The notes beneath the pieces are model-generated. The model was not told the DNA's origin. It searched no databases and was given only the letters and a program-made list of their open reading frames with translations. DNA of 64,000 nucleotides from Rhodoluna sp. Its GTDB lineage: Bacteria > Actinomycetota > Actinomycetes > Actinomycetales > Microbacteriaceae. The translations under genes and the position numbers were made by a program. This document shows positions 1-9,382 of this stretch, one piece after another (position 1 is the first letter of the stretch; every line of letters begins with the position of its first letter). Location: NCBI GenBank assembly GCA_032111565.1, contig JAULUM010000018.1, positions 40,123 to 104,122 of the forward strand, given 5' to 3'.

Positions 1-785
1 CCGTAGTTAGCTGGGTTCTTGTAATCGTAGGTAGTGCTGAAGGAATCCAGCCTCATGCTAAACGGTTCAATGTTGTTCTTATCAAAAAGTAATCCTGGTG
101 CGAAGTAGTCATAGGCTGCTTCGTTGTTCACAAAGGTATCGCCTTCAACAATTACTCGCTGACCTGCGTAGCTAAGTCCGCCACCAAGTCCAACTGCAAT
201 AAGAACACCGATTAGTGAAAGGTGGAAGACAAGGTTTCCTGTTTCTCTAAGGTAACCCTTCTCGGCTCTTAGCTCTTTACCGGTAGCAACAACTTTGAAT
301 TTTCTACTCTTTAGGAAATCAACAGCCTTTTGAATATCTGCATCGCTCTGCTCAAGTTTCTTAAAAGAAGGAAGTCTTGAAAGGTTTGTAGGGGCAGCTG
401 GTGGATCTGCTCTAAGGGCTTTGTAGTGAACTCCAACTCTAGGAATCACACAACCAATCAAAGAGATGAATAGCAGGATGTAAATAGATGAGAACCAGGT
501 TGATGAGTAAACATCAAAGAGCTGGAAGGTATCCAGCCACGCGGCAGCATCAGGGTTGTTCTTGAAATACAAAACAACACCGTTAGGGTCAGCGCTTCGC
601 TGCGGGAATACCGATCCTGGCACTGAGGCGATAGCTAGAAGCATCAACAGGAATAGCGCAATACGCATGCTGGTTAGCTGACGCCATAGCCATCTAGCCC
701 AAGACTTTAGGGATAGGTCAGGAGCCTCAATAGGCTCTGCGTATTCCTTACGGACTACGTATTTAGATTGCCGGGATGAAGACAC
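1..785 (-). CDS. resB: Cytochrome c biogenesis protein ResB/Ccs1, 5' part (runs off the window start)
   Basis: Not in the ORF track. Manual translation gives ...WLWRQLTSMRIALFLLMLLAIASVPGSVFPQRSADP...FDVYSSTWFSSIYILLFISLIGC..., a typical ResB N-terminus. In-frame GTG at 785 preceded by GGAGG; directly downstream of ccdA. Confidence 0.85.
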   Translation of the reverse strand, partial: MSSSRQSKYVVRKEYAEPIEAPDLSLKSWARWLWRQLTSMRIALFLLMLLAIASVPGSVFPQRSADPNGVVLYFKNNPDAAAWLDTFQLFDVYSSTWFSSIYILLFISLIGCVIPRVGVHYKALRADPPAAPTNLSRLPSFKKLEQSDADIQKAVDFLKSRKFKVVATGKELRAEKGYLRETGNLVFHLSLIGVLIAVGLGGGLSYAGQRVIVEGDTFVNNEAAYDYFAPGLLFDKNNIEPFSMRLDSFSTTYDYKNPANY

Positions 786-1485
786 CGCTCACCTCCGCGA
801 TTCTGTCGATAACGAACTGCCATAAACCTGTGACTAGAAGAAGACCAAGGATAATCAACAAAACGCCACCGGCGATGTTGATAGCTCTGATGTTCTTCTT
901 GATGAAACCAATTGACTTAGTAGCCCAGCCAAATCCAGCAGCTGCTAGAACAAATGGAAGTCCTAAACCAATTGAATAAACAGCTGCAAGGAATGCACCT
1001 CGTCCAACTGATCCAGTATCGAAAGCAAGGTTTAGAACTGCTGCAAGAGTTGGGCCAATACATGGAGTCCAACCCAAACCAAAGACAATTCCAAGTAATG
1101 GTGCCCCAACCAAACCTGCACTTGGTTTGATGTTTAGTCTTGCTGTTCGCTGAGCAAAATCAAATCCACCGATAAGAACTATTCCTAGAAGCAAAACAAT
1201 TACACCTGAGCCTCTTTGCAACCAGTTCTTTACTTCACCAGAAAAGATTGAACCAAGTCCACCAAAGCCAGCACCTAAAGCAACAAAGACAACGCTGAAG
1301 CCTGCAACAAATAAAAGTGAACCAGTAATCATTCTGGATTTAGTGTTAGCTGATCCAGAAACAATGCCTAGGTATGCAGGTAGTAGTGGTAAAACACAAG
1401 GGCTAAAGAATGAAACTAAACCAGCAAGAAGCGCAATAGGTGCAGCCACCCAAAGTGGCCCATAGGTTATTGCCTCAAAACTCAA
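763..1485 (-). CDS. ccdA: Cytochrome c biogenesis protein CcdA
   Basis: SFFSPCVLPL and GWTPCIGP motifs, multi-pass membrane protein, res operon context. Confidence 0.92.
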   Translation of the reverse strand: MSFEAITYGPLWVAAPIALLAGLVSFFSPCVLPLLPAYLGIVSGSANTKSRMITGSLLFVAGFSVVFVALGAGFGGLGSIFSGEVKNWLQRGSGVIVLLLGIVLIGGFDFAQRTARLNIKPSAGLVGAPLLGIVFGLGWTPCIGPTLAAVLNLAFDTGSVGRGAFLAAVYSIGLGLPFVLAAAGFGWATKSIGFIKKNIRAINIAGGVLLIILGLLLVTGLWQFVIDRIAEVSGVFIPAI

Positions 1486-2054
1486 TCTTTTACACCTTCT
1501 TCAATAACTGAAGTGATTAGTGCTCTAAGTGTTGTCTTCTTAGCAATACCAAGAACCCTTGCTGCTGGTCGACCTTCTCTATCGATAACAAGAGTGGTTG
1601 GAACAGCAGCTGGAGTAACAACACCGGTGAAAGCTAAAACAACATCTCCTGATTCAGCATCCATGATGCTTGGGAAATCCATGTTGAATGATCTCTTGAA
1701 AGCGTTAGCGGTGTCAGCAGTGTCTCTAACGTTTACGCCAATGAATTGAACCTTGCCTTCAAATTCTTTAGCTAGTTCAACTAGGTCTGGAGCTTCAACT
1801 CTGCAAGGAACGCATGCCGCGTACCAGAAGTTCATGACTGTAATTACTCCTGGCAAGTTAACTGAACCTAGAGGTGAACCGTCGTTAGCTAAACCAGACC
1901 AAGTGATTGGCTCTGATCTGTTTTCTGGTTTGATTTCAGTTACAGTGCCATCCCCCGACTGGTAAATGTTATTCATGCTTGGGGTTTCTGTGCAGGCTGA
2001 TAAAGATGTCAGCGCAAGAGTAAGTCCAGCAATAACTGCTACTGCTCTTTTCAA
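1482..2054 (-). CDS. TlpA/ResA-family thiol-disulfide oxidoreductase lipoprotein
   Basis: NFWYAACVPCR CxxC motif, lipobox LSAC, cis-Pro VPTT. Confidence 0.88.
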   Translation of the reverse strand: MKRAVAVIAGLTLALTSLSACTETPSMNNIYQSGDGTVTEIKPENRSEPITWSGLANDGSPLGSVNLPGVITVMNFWYAACVPCRVEAPDLVELAKEFEGKVQFIGVNVRDTADTANAFKRSFNMDFPSIMDAESGDVVLAFTGVVTPAAVPTTLVIDREGRPAARVLGIAKKTTLRALITSVIEEGVKD

Positions 2055-2686
2055 ACCGCACCCTTATCTATTGATGCAAGCTTTGAAGCTGGATCTAGAT
2101 AGCCAACTTCAACTAGCTTGCCGTCCTGTATTTCAAAAGTTGTGATGCTAGATAAAGCACAACGTCTTTTTCTAGGGTCATGCATTAGTCGCTTACCGTT
2201 AGCACTTAGGCTCATTACCCAGATAGGTAACTGGTGAGTAACTAAAACAACGTCACCCTCTAATACTGACTCAGACGCCTGAATAATCGCTGAGTGCATA
2301 CGGGCAATTATCTCTTTGAAGGACTCACCCCAAGCAGGCTTAGCTGGGTTCCTGAAGTGCCACCACCACTGAGGCTTAGTGGCGACTGCCTTAACGCTTA
2401 GCTTTCTTCCCTCAAATACGTTGTATGGCTCAATTAGATCTGCTTCTGTCTTGGCATCAATTCCAAACAACTCTTCAATTGGCTTGGCTGACTCTTGGGC
2501 TCTAACTAAAGGAGAGGTATAGATGGCTGTGACATTAGCCCCCATGGCCTTTAGTTGCTTAGCTGCCTCTCTAGCCATTTCATGGCCGGTCTCTGAGAGG
2601 TGGAAGTTAGGAAGTCTGCCGTAAAGCACCCCGCCTGGGTTGTATACCTCTCCATGACGGACTAGGTGAATACGTTTTGCAGGCAT
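2051..2686 (-). CDS. Histidine phosphatase (phosphoglycerate mutase-like)
   Basis: LVRHGE motif, SPLxRA, VTHQ; usual actinobacterial position upstream of the res genes. Confidence 0.88.
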   Translation of the reverse strand: MPAKRIHLVRHGEVYNPGGVLYGRLPNFHLSETGHEMAREAAKQLKAMGANVTAIYTSPLVRAQESAKPIEELFGIDAKTEADLIEPYNVFEGRKLSVKAVATKPQWWWHFRNPAKPAWGESFKEIIARMHSAIIQASESVLEGDVVLVTHQLPIWVMSLSANGKRLMHDPRKRRCALSSITTFEIQDGKLVEVGYLDPASKLASIDKGAV

Positions 2687-2750
2687 AGCCTCAAGTCTAT
2701 CGCCCGCTAAACTTGGGGTTTAGGCAACAAGTAAAAGGACAGAGAAAATC

Positions 2751-4058
2751 ATGCGCGAACGCATTTTGGTCAAAGATTTAGCACAATCTGAAGATGGCCC
2801 AGTAGTCATCGGTGGCTGGGTTGAGACCCTTAGAGACCAAAAGAGAATCCAATTCATCGTTCTTAGAGACGAGACCGGCTCTGTTCAGGTTACTTACCCA
2901 AGACGTGAAGAAGTAGATGCTCTGGCTGACACTGTCTCAACCCTTACCTCAGGCAGCTTTGTCTGGGTAACCGGTCGTCTAGTGCACGATGAAAGAGTGA
3001 AGCTAGGTGGCATTGAGATCCAGCTAGATGACCTAGAGGTCATTACCCTTGCGGACCCAGAAACCCCTATTGCTGAAGATTCAGGTATCGATAAGCGCTT
3101 GGACTGGAGATTCATTGATCTTCGCAGAGCAGAGATGAACCTAGTCTTCAGAGTTCAAACAACTATTGAGCACGCCTGGAGAACTTACTGGGTGAACAAC
3201 GGCTTCATTGAGATTCACTCCCCTAAGTTGATGAGCTCACCTTCTGAATCTCATGCCGAGCTATTCAAGATGGAATATTTCGAAACTGTTGCATACCTTG
3301 CTCAATCTCCTCAGTTCTATAAGCAGATGGCGATGATGGCAGGATTCGGAAGAATCTTTGAGATTGGCCCTGTGTTCAGAGCAGACCCTTCTTTCACCTC
3401 ACGTCACGCAACTGAGTTCACCTCTGTTGACATGGAAGTTTCATACATTGAATCTCACGAAGACATCATGAAAATTCAAGAAGATCTAATGGTCGCTGCC
3501 ATCACTGCTGTGAAGAATCAGCACGGTGAAGAAATCAAGAGACTCTTCGATATTGATGTTGTTATCCCAACAACACCATTCCCACGTATCCCACTAGCTG
3601 AAGCAATCGATATCGTTGCTAATCGTGGTCACGAGATTACTCGTGGTGGGGACATGGACCCAGAAGGTGAAAGACAGATTGCAGCTCACGTAGCTGAAAC
3701 CTATAACCACGAGTTTGTCTTCCTAACCGACTACCCATCAACTGTTCGTCCGTTCTATCACATGCGTCACGCTGATAACCCGAACCTAACTAAGAGCTAC
3801 GACCTTATCTGGCGTGGAACTGAAATCACCACCGGTGCTCAACGTGAACACAGACTAGAAGTTCTAATTGAACAGGCTAAGTCAAAGGGGCTAGATCCAG
3901 CAGGTCTTCAGTCATACATGGACTTCTTCAAGTACGGTGCTCCATCACACGGTGGATTCGGTATGGGTCTTCTAAGAGTTGTAATGCTCCTTCTTCACGA
4001 AACAAACATTCGTGAAGTTGGTTACCTATTCCGTGGACCTAACCGCCTAGAGCCATAG
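2751..4058 (+). CDS. aspS: Aspartate--tRNA(Asp/Asn) ligase, short archaeal/eukaryote-like non-discriminating type
   Basis: OB-fold N-terminus, YLAQSPQFYKQ, motif 2 FRADPSFTSRHATEF, EITTGAQR, motif 3 HGGFGMG; 435 aa, too short to carry the GAD insertion. Confidence 0.88.
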   Translation: MRERILVKDLAQSEDGPVVIGGWVETLRDQKRIQFIVLRDETGSVQVTYPRREEVDALADTVSTLTSGSFVWVTGRLVHDERVKLGGIEIQLDDLEVITLADPETPIAEDSGIDKRLDWRFIDLRRAEMNLVFRVQTTIEHAWRTYWVNNGFIEIHSPKLMSSPSESHAELFKMEYFETVAYLAQSPQFYKQMAMMAGFGRIFEIGPVFRADPSFTSRHATEFTSVDMEVSYIESHEDIMKIQEDLMVAAITAVKNQHGEEIKRLFDIDVVIPTTPFPRIPLAEAIDIVANRGHEITRGGDMDPEGERQIAAHVAETYNHEFVFLTDYPSTVRPFYHMRHADNPNLTKSYDLIWRGTEITTGAQREHRLEVLIEQAKSKGLDPAGLQSYMDFFKYGAPSHGGFGMGLLRVVMLLLHETNIREVGYLFRGPNRLEP

Positions 4059-4061
4059 TCC

Positions 4062-4400
4062 ATGTTTGAACGTTACTCCCAAATACAAGGCGTCAATGCC
4101 TCGTATACGGAAGAACAACGAGCACATTACAAAGCGCAGCACGATGTTGTTGCTAAAGCTATTGCAGATCAAAAGCGCAAAGGCGTTCAGTACGACGATG
4201 TGGATGTGCAGAAACTAATTGCCGATCACTACGCTTTCGTCAAACAGTTCTGGACACCAAACAGGCAAGCATATAAATCTCTAGCTTTGACGTATGTGTT
4301 AGACCCAGCATTCGAAGCAACCTATGAGGCGTTCGAGCCAGGTCTAGCAGCATATCTAAAGAAGGCTATTGAGATCTGGGCTGACCAGAACTTGGATTAG
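4062..4400 (+). CDS. Stand-alone TipAS antibiotic-recognition domain protein
   Basis: VQKLIADHY...FWTPNRQAYKSLALTYVLDPAF..YE...PGLAAYLKKAI resembles TipAS. Confidence 0.72.
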   Translation: MFERYSQIQGVNASYTEEQRAHYKAQHDVVAKAIADQKRKGVQYDDVDVQKLIADHYAFVKQFWTPNRQAYKSLALTYVLDPAFEATYEAFEPGLAAYLKKAIEIWADQNLD

Positions 4401-5065
4401 CTGTCTCGCAGTTTCCTTGTTTCTTCCTTCGAAAGAAAAGGCTCTCCCTTTATTCCATATGCCCAGTACTTCTGAAGTGATACCCAGCCTGTTACAAACA
4501 TGGCAACGACTAGGAACTGGCCTCCGGTAAGAGAGAAGTTGAATACTGCGTCAGGGAATGGGCTAAAGGAAAAATCTTTGTCGCCAAAGATGTAGTCCTT
4601 GTAACCGTAAAGAAAGGCAGCCAGAAGAAGCGCACCTGAAAAGAAATCAAAGGATTTGTAAGTTCTCTGCAGCGCTTTATCTCTTCTTCTCAAGTGATAT
4701 TCATCCAACAACTTGGCTGGGGTCTTGCCATCCATGTTGAAGACAAATCTTACCGAGATTGCGTTGAGCGTAATGATCAGCAGCAATAAGGCAAGGTACC
4801 AGAGTGAGAGTTCCGGGTTTTGGAATGCATAGAAGCCATATCCAAAGAGGATTAACGCCGAAAGCACCATGATGATGGCTCTTGCAGGAGTGTTTCTTAG
4901 GCCGGCAAAAAACTCATCTTCCTTGAACCAGGCAACAACTCTTTTCTCGATCTTGTCTTCAAGGCTTTCAGCATCATCACCTAGCTTTTTCGTTAAGTTA
5001 TCAATCTGAGCCTCTAGGTCTCTGATTTGTTTATGAATACTCTTCTTGTCATCCTTATTTGACAT
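4397..5065 (-). CDS. Hypothetical membrane protein (about 4 TM), partner of the XRE regulator
   Basis: Hydrophobic segments; LDEYHLRRRDKA motif; overlaps the end of the XRE gene. Confidence 0.6.
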   Translation of the reverse strand: MSNKDDKKSIHKQIRDLEAQIDNLTKKLGDDAESLEDKIEKRVVAWFKEDEFFAGLRNTPARAIIMVLSALILFGYGFYAFQNPELSLWYLALLLLIITLNAISVRFVFNMDGKTPAKLLDEYHLRRRDKALQRTYKSFDFFSGALLLAAFLYGYKDYIFGDKDFSFSPFPDAVFNFSLTGGQFLVVAMFVTGWVSLQKYWAYGIKGEPFLSKEETRKLRDS

Positions 5066-5294
5066 GGTCTTCCTCCAAACTAAATATTTGTTCTACTTTC
5101 TTGTTTAGTGCTCTAGCTATGCGCAAGGCGAGCACAAGGCTCGGGCTAAATTCGTTTCGCTCGATGTAGCCGATGGTCTGATAGTGGACATCCACGGCAT
5201 CAGCTAACTGCTGCCGTGTCAAGCCCGCCTTAGTCCGTAGCACTTCGAGCTTGTTGGCGACAAGCTCTTCATCTGCTTTAGGTTTACGTCCCAT
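5055..5294 (-). CDS. XRE/Cro-C1 family HTH transcriptional regulator
   Basis: LRTKAGLTRQQLADAVDVHYQTIGYIERNEFSPSLVLALRIA. Confidence 0.9.
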   Translation of the reverse strand: MGRKPKADEELVANKLEVLRTKAGLTRQQLADAVDVHYQTIGYIERNEFSPSLVLALRIARALNKKVEQIFSLEEDHVK

Positions 5295-5297
5295 GTA

Positions 5298-6521
5298 TTA
5301 CTTCAGACTCTCTAGATGGGTTATTCGCTGCTTCGCAGTCGGGTGACTGTAATACATGACCACGAATAGCGGGTGTGGGGCTGGGTTACTCAGATTGTCT
5401 GAGCTAAGGCGAGATAGCGCGTTCTTGATTTGATTTGGGTCTCCAATCCTTGCCGAGAACTCATCCGCTGAGTGTTCATTTCTTCTTGAGAAGAAGTTAG
5501 TGATTGTGTCTAGCACCAGACTCAAGGGCGAAAACAGCGCTGAGAAACCAATTAGTCCAAGAATGATGTTTGACTCTGAGCCACCTAAAGCCAGAGAAAT
5601 CTCTGGGGATGAAGTTGCCCAACCGAATAGAGCAAAGATAAGGAAAAGTTGGATTGTGTTCACAACTAAGAATGCTCGAACATGTCCGAGGCGATCATGG
5701 CCAATCTCGTGGCCTAACACTGCTACAACCTCATCAGTGGTGTGCTTTTCAATCAGAGAATCAAACAACACTATGGTTTTTGTTTTGCCTAGCCCACTGA
5801 AGAATGCATTGGTCTTTGATGAGCGCTTCGAGCTATTCATCACAAAGATTCTGCCGACCTTGTAATTCTGTGCCTTACACATCCCCAGGATCTTCTCTCG
5901 AAGTTCGCCTTCAGGCAACTGCTGAAGTTTATTGAATAGAGGAAGAATCACAGAAGTTCCGAATGCTGCACTAAAAAGCTGAACAATCATTACAGCGATG
6001 AATGCTATCCACCAGATTTGATTAGGAATCTGCTGATAAATCCAAAGTAGGAGCAGAACTAGTGGCCCAAGTATCAACGTACCTACAACGAGGCCTTTGA
6101 TTCGATCGGTCACAAAAGTGCCCACTTTAGTTCTGTTGAATCCGAATTTTGCCTCAATCACAAACGTCTTGTAAATAGAGAAAGGAATTCCAATGACGAA
6201 CATTGCCAGACCAAGTCCAGCAATGAAGGCAAAGTTTTGCCAGAGTCCGCCTTCGATGGATTCAGGCAAACTTGTCTGGATAGCCCCAAACGTTCCTGTG
6301 GCAACCAGCGCAAAGAAAAGAATTGCTTGAATCAGAATTCTCAGGGACTGGAATCTACGATTCGCCTTGTTATAGGAAACGGCCTTCCTAACTTCATCTG
6401 TGGATCCCTTGTTTATTGATTCTGTAGCTGACCTAATGTCTAGTTCGTTTACTACAACTTTGAATACTGCTACTGATGCGATAAGCACGAGTATGAGCAG
6501 TTGAAGTGAAGAAGCTGACAT
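5298..6521 (-). CDS. M48 family zinc metallopeptidase (Ste24/CAAX-protease-like)
   Basis: HEIGH (HExxH), SKTNAFFSG, NEHSADEF, YSHPT; multiple TM helices. Confidence 0.88.
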   Translation of the reverse strand: MSASSLQLLILVLIASVAVFKVVVNELDIRSATESINKGSTDEVRKAVSYNKANRRFQSLRILIQAILFFALVATGTFGAIQTSLPESIEGGLWQNFAFIAGLGLAMFVIGIPFSIYKTFVIEAKFGFNRTKVGTFVTDRIKGLVVGTLILGPLVLLLLWIYQQIPNQIWWIAFIAVMIVQLFSAAFGTSVILPLFNKLQQLPEGELREKILGMCKAQNYKVGRIFVMNSSKRSSKTNAFFSGLGKTKTIVLFDSLIEKHTTDEVVAVLGHEIGHDRLGHVRAFLVVNTIQLFLIFALFGWATSSPEISLALGGSESNIILGLIGFSALFSPLSLVLDTITNFFSRRNEHSADEFSARIGDPNQIKNALSRLSSDNLSNPAPHPLFVVMYYSHPTAKQRITHLESLK

Positions 6522-6571
6522 TTACATACCTACTTTCTATGCGCCTATCCTAGGCTTACAGATGTAGTATA

Positions 6572-6587
6572 ATTACTATGTAGTAAT
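6572..6587. promoter_or_regulatory. Palindromic operator candidate upstream of the M48-XRE operon
   Basis: ATTACTA-TG-TAGTAAT perfect inverted repeat, within tandem ATGTAGTA(A)TAAT repeats. Confidence 0.5.
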
Positions 6588-6598
6588 AATGCAACAAT

Positions 6599-7006
6599 CT
6601 AGTCTGGCGTTTTGCTCCAGTCAACAATTTCTAGGCCTGGTACTCGCTTAAAGTCCTTTACGTTTTGAGTGACTAATGTAGCCCCTTCAGAAAGTGCATG
6701 GCCCGCAATCAGGGAATCAAATACCCCGATTTGAGTGCCTTTTCTAGACAGCTCTAATTCAAGCAGGCCAGCGGTCTCCGCTGCTTCTGCACCAAATGGA
6801 ACAACCGTGAGCATTGAAAGTATTTGTCTCAATGACTTAGTTGATCGTGGTCCGAGCTTTTGGCTAGAAGTTCCGGCCCAGAGTTCTTGAGCAACAATAG
6901 CGGAGACGGCCATGTCTTCTAGTTTCGTCAACTCAAACTTCAGTAACGTATCTTGCCTAAACCGAATGATTTCAATCACCGTGCTGGTATCTAAGTGATA
7001 TTTCAC
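6599..7006 (-). CDS. vapC: VapC PIN-domain toxin
   Basis: YHLDTS, EL, IGVFDSLIAGHA, LVTQNVKDF PIN motifs; 4-nt overlap with the antitoxin. Confidence 0.9.
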   Translation of the reverse strand: MKYHLDTSTVIEIIRFRQDTLLKFELTKLEDMAVSAIVAQELWAGTSSQKLGPRSTKSLRQILSMLTVVPFGAEAAETAGLLELELSRKGTQIGVFDSLIAGHALSEGATLVTQNVKDFKRVPGLEIVDWSKTPD

Positions 7007-7350
7007 TCTGAGTCCTTGATGAGTTGCTCAATTGCAGGGTGCAGGCCCGGTTTTCTATAGCGCTTAACGTACTTCAGTTCACTTAGTTCAGCTTTTTCTT
7101 CTTCAGACATGTTTCTCAATTCTTCGATAAAAGCCATTTTGGCCTCCTCCCCAGATATCTGCTTGATTATGACAGCGTCTAGCTTTTCGTCATACGTGAT
7201 ACGCACGCGATCGGACTCGAATCTAAAATCTGCGGGGATGCGCACTGCCTGGCTTCCACCGTTCATAAACACTTTCGATATCACAGAGGGCGCTTTGCTG
7301 CTTCGCTCTGGGGTTCTTTCTTCTAGTTTTTGAATCACTTTCTTCGTCAT
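7003..7350 (-). CDS. vapB: VapB antitoxin (AbrB/MazE fold)
   Basis: KVFMNGGSQAVRIPADFRF. ATG at 7350 after GGGAGGAAAG is preferred over the TTG at 7365. Confidence 0.85.
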   Translation of the reverse strand: MTKKVIQKLEERTPERSSKAPSVISKVFMNGGSQAVRIPADFRFESDRVRITYDEKLDAVIIKQISGEEAKMAFIEELRNMSEEEKAELSELKYVKRYRKPGLHPAIEQLIKDSE

Positions 7351-7369
7351 CTTTCCTCCCAACACTTCT

Positions 7370-7397
7370 GTATAGACATATCGTATAGATATCTACA
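7370..7397. promoter_or_regulatory. Probable vapBC autorepression operator
   Basis: Tandem TATAGACATA / TATAGATATC boxes including the perfect palindrome TAGATATCTA (7386-7395), just upstream of vapB. Confidence 0.5.
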
Positions 7398-7413
7398 GAC
7401 AAATCAAGAGGTG

Positions 7414-7701
7414 TTAGCGAACGAATTCGTCTAAAGCTCCACGCAATCTTTCTGGATCAATTCGCCAGTAGTTATGGACTTTGCCATTGATTAGAAGTAC
7501 TGGTACTTCTTCTGAGTATTTGTTCCAGAGGTCTTCATCAACCAAGATGTCATGCTCAACTAGATTCACCTGAATGTGTCTGGCGACTCCTGTGTATTCT
7601 GCTCTGAATGCTCCAACCACAGCATTGACGGTAACCCTGGCTTCATCACACAGATGACAGCCTGATTTTCCGATAAGAGTGAGGTCTACGGTTGTGCTCA
7701 T
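7414..7701 (-). CDS. Glutaredoxin-like protein (DUF836)
   Basis: KSGCHLCDEA CxxC, EEVPVLLING. Confidence 0.82.
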   Translation of the reverse strand: MSTTVDLTLIGKSGCHLCDEARVTVNAVVGAFRAEYTGVARHIQVNLVEHDILVDEDLWNKYSEEVPVLLINGKVHNYWRIDPERLRGALDEFVR

Positions 7702-7740
7702 GACTCCAGATTATTGCCTTTCTCTGCCTAGACTAGACAT

Positions 7741-8484
7741 GTGTCTAAAACCCCTAAGAAGAAAGCTGCTGCCTTCTTCGACGTCGATAACACGCTAGTG
7801 CGTGGCTCGACCAGCTATCAGTTTGGCAAAGAGGCATACCGCAGAAGATTCTTCCCTCGCAAAGACTTCATTGCTTTCGCTTGGCACCAGGTTGTTTTCC
7901 TAACCAAGGGTGAAACCACACACATGCTCTCTGCGATCAAGGACAGGGCTCTAGAACTAGTTCGTGGCCGTGAATACTCTCAGATGATGGCACTGGTTTC
8001 AGATGTGTATGCAACCAACATCAAACCGAAGGTTTGGCCTGAAACAGCCCGTCTTGCTCAACAACATATTGCAGCAGGCAGAGAAGTTTGGTTGATTACC
8101 GCTGCTCCTCAAGAAATGGGTGAAGAGATTGCTAGAGCACTAGGGCTAACCGGTGCTCTTGGTACAAAGCTTGAACACATCGATGGAATTCTGACAGGCA
8201 ACCTTGTTGGTAAGCCATTACACGGTAAAGAAAAGCCAAAGGCAATCAAGAAGTTAGCCAAAGAACGTGGCTTTAGCCTAAAGAAGTCTTTTGCATACAG
8301 CGACAGCCATAACGATCTTCCGATGCTTACTCTGGTTGGTCACCCGGTGGCTGTGAACCCAGACAAGCTACTAAAGATTTATGCCAAGTCAGCGGGCTGG
8401 AAGATCTATGACTTCAAGCGCAGAGAACTTCGTCTTCAGAAGAAAACCGTCAAAAAAGAAATCAAGATCGGCAAGCGCGGCTAA
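7741..8484 (+). CDS. HAD-IB family hydrolase (SerB-like)
   Basis: AFFDVDNTL, AYSDSHNDLPML, VAVNPD. Confidence 0.88.
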   Translation: MSKTPKKKAAAFFDVDNTLVRGSTSYQFGKEAYRRRFFPRKDFIAFAWHQVVFLTKGETTHMLSAIKDRALELVRGREYSQMMALVSDVYATNIKPKVWPETARLAQQHIAAGREVWLITAAPQEMGEEIARALGLTGALGTKLEHIDGILTGNLVGKPLHGKEKPKAIKKLAKERGFSLKKSFAYSDSHNDLPMLTLVGHPVAVNPDKLLKIYAKSAGWKIYDFKRRELRLQKKTVKKEIKIGKRG

Positions 8485-8494
8485 ATAAAGAAAA

Positions 8495-8514
8495 CCCGCA
8501 GGCTAACCTGCGGG
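8495..8514. terminator. Bidirectional terminator hairpin
   Basis: CCCGCAGG-CTAA-CCTGCGGG between convergent genes, with an A-run 5' of the stem. Confidence 0.75.
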
Positions 8515-8548
8515 CTCTCTTCGCTCTTAGAGCTAAATCACGAAGTGT

Positions 8549-8647
8549 TTACTTCTTATTACGACGTTGGTGACGAGTCTTACGAAGCAACTTACGGTGC
8601 TTCTTCTTTGACATACGCTTACGACGCTTCTTGACAACTGATCCCAC
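8549..8647 (-). CDS. 30S ribosomal protein bS22 (AURKAIP1/COX24 family), 32 aa
   Basis: Not in the ORF track. GTG start; [32 protein letters not shown]. Confidence 0.93.
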   Translation of the reverse strand: MGSVVKKRRKRMSKKKHRKLLRKTRHQRRNKK

Positions 8648-8784
8648 AAAGACCTCTTTATTTAGATAAACCCCTGTGATTCAGGGGTTCTTTCGACTTC
8701 TAGTATTCTAACCCACCTAAGGCTCATCTCTAAAACCCCAAAGTGCCCGTAGCCCTAGGCAATAACAAGAGTAAACTCAGGGGC

Positions 8785-9315
8785 ATGACAGAAGAGCAGC
8801 CCTATACCTTAGTAAGCAAGGAAAAGGGCTTTGAGATAAGGCACTATCCAAGCTACGTCCTGATTCAGGTGCAGACTCAGGGTGAATTCTCAAGAGCCGC
8901 CAACATGGCCTTCGGCCCCCTAGTGAATTACATTTCAGGCCGTAATCAAACTCGTGAAAAGTTCGCCATGACAGCTCCTGTCATTCACGCTCCTGACCAA
9001 GACGCTAAGAACCATACAGTGAGTTTCGTGCTACCTAAGGATGTCAGCCTCAAAGACATTCCCCTGCCTGCCGATGCTCAAGTGTCTACTGTCCATGTTG
9101 ATGGGCACTATGCAGCAGCCATCAAGTTCCGAGGCTTAGCTAACTATGAACACTTCAAGTCCTTCGGGGACAAGCTGTTGGATTCCTTGAAGGCAGCGGG
9201 TCTCACTGCTGATGGAGACCCTTACTATGCCCGCTTTGATCCACCTTGGAAACCAGGTATGCTTCGCAGGAATGAAGCGATAGTTGCTCTGAAGAATTAC
9301 CCCAAATCAAGTTAA
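8785..9315 (+). CDS. SOUL family heme-binding protein
   Basis: TEEQPYTLV..FEIRHYP, AFGPLVNYISG, MTAPV, ARFDPPW...RRNE. ATG at 8785 preferred. Confidence 0.85.
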   Translation: MTEEQPYTLVSKEKGFEIRHYPSYVLIQVQTQGEFSRAANMAFGPLVNYISGRNQTREKFAMTAPVIHAPDQDAKNHTVSFVLPKDVSLKDIPLPADAQVSTVHVDGHYAAAIKFRGLANYEHFKSFGDKLLDSLKAAGLTADGDPYYARFDPPWKPGMLRRNEAIVALKNYPKSS

Positions 9316-9382
9316 TCAACTATTAACCTAGATTTTTATCTGTGGTAGCAGCTTGCAGTTACCTCTCATCTATCCTTGAGAA

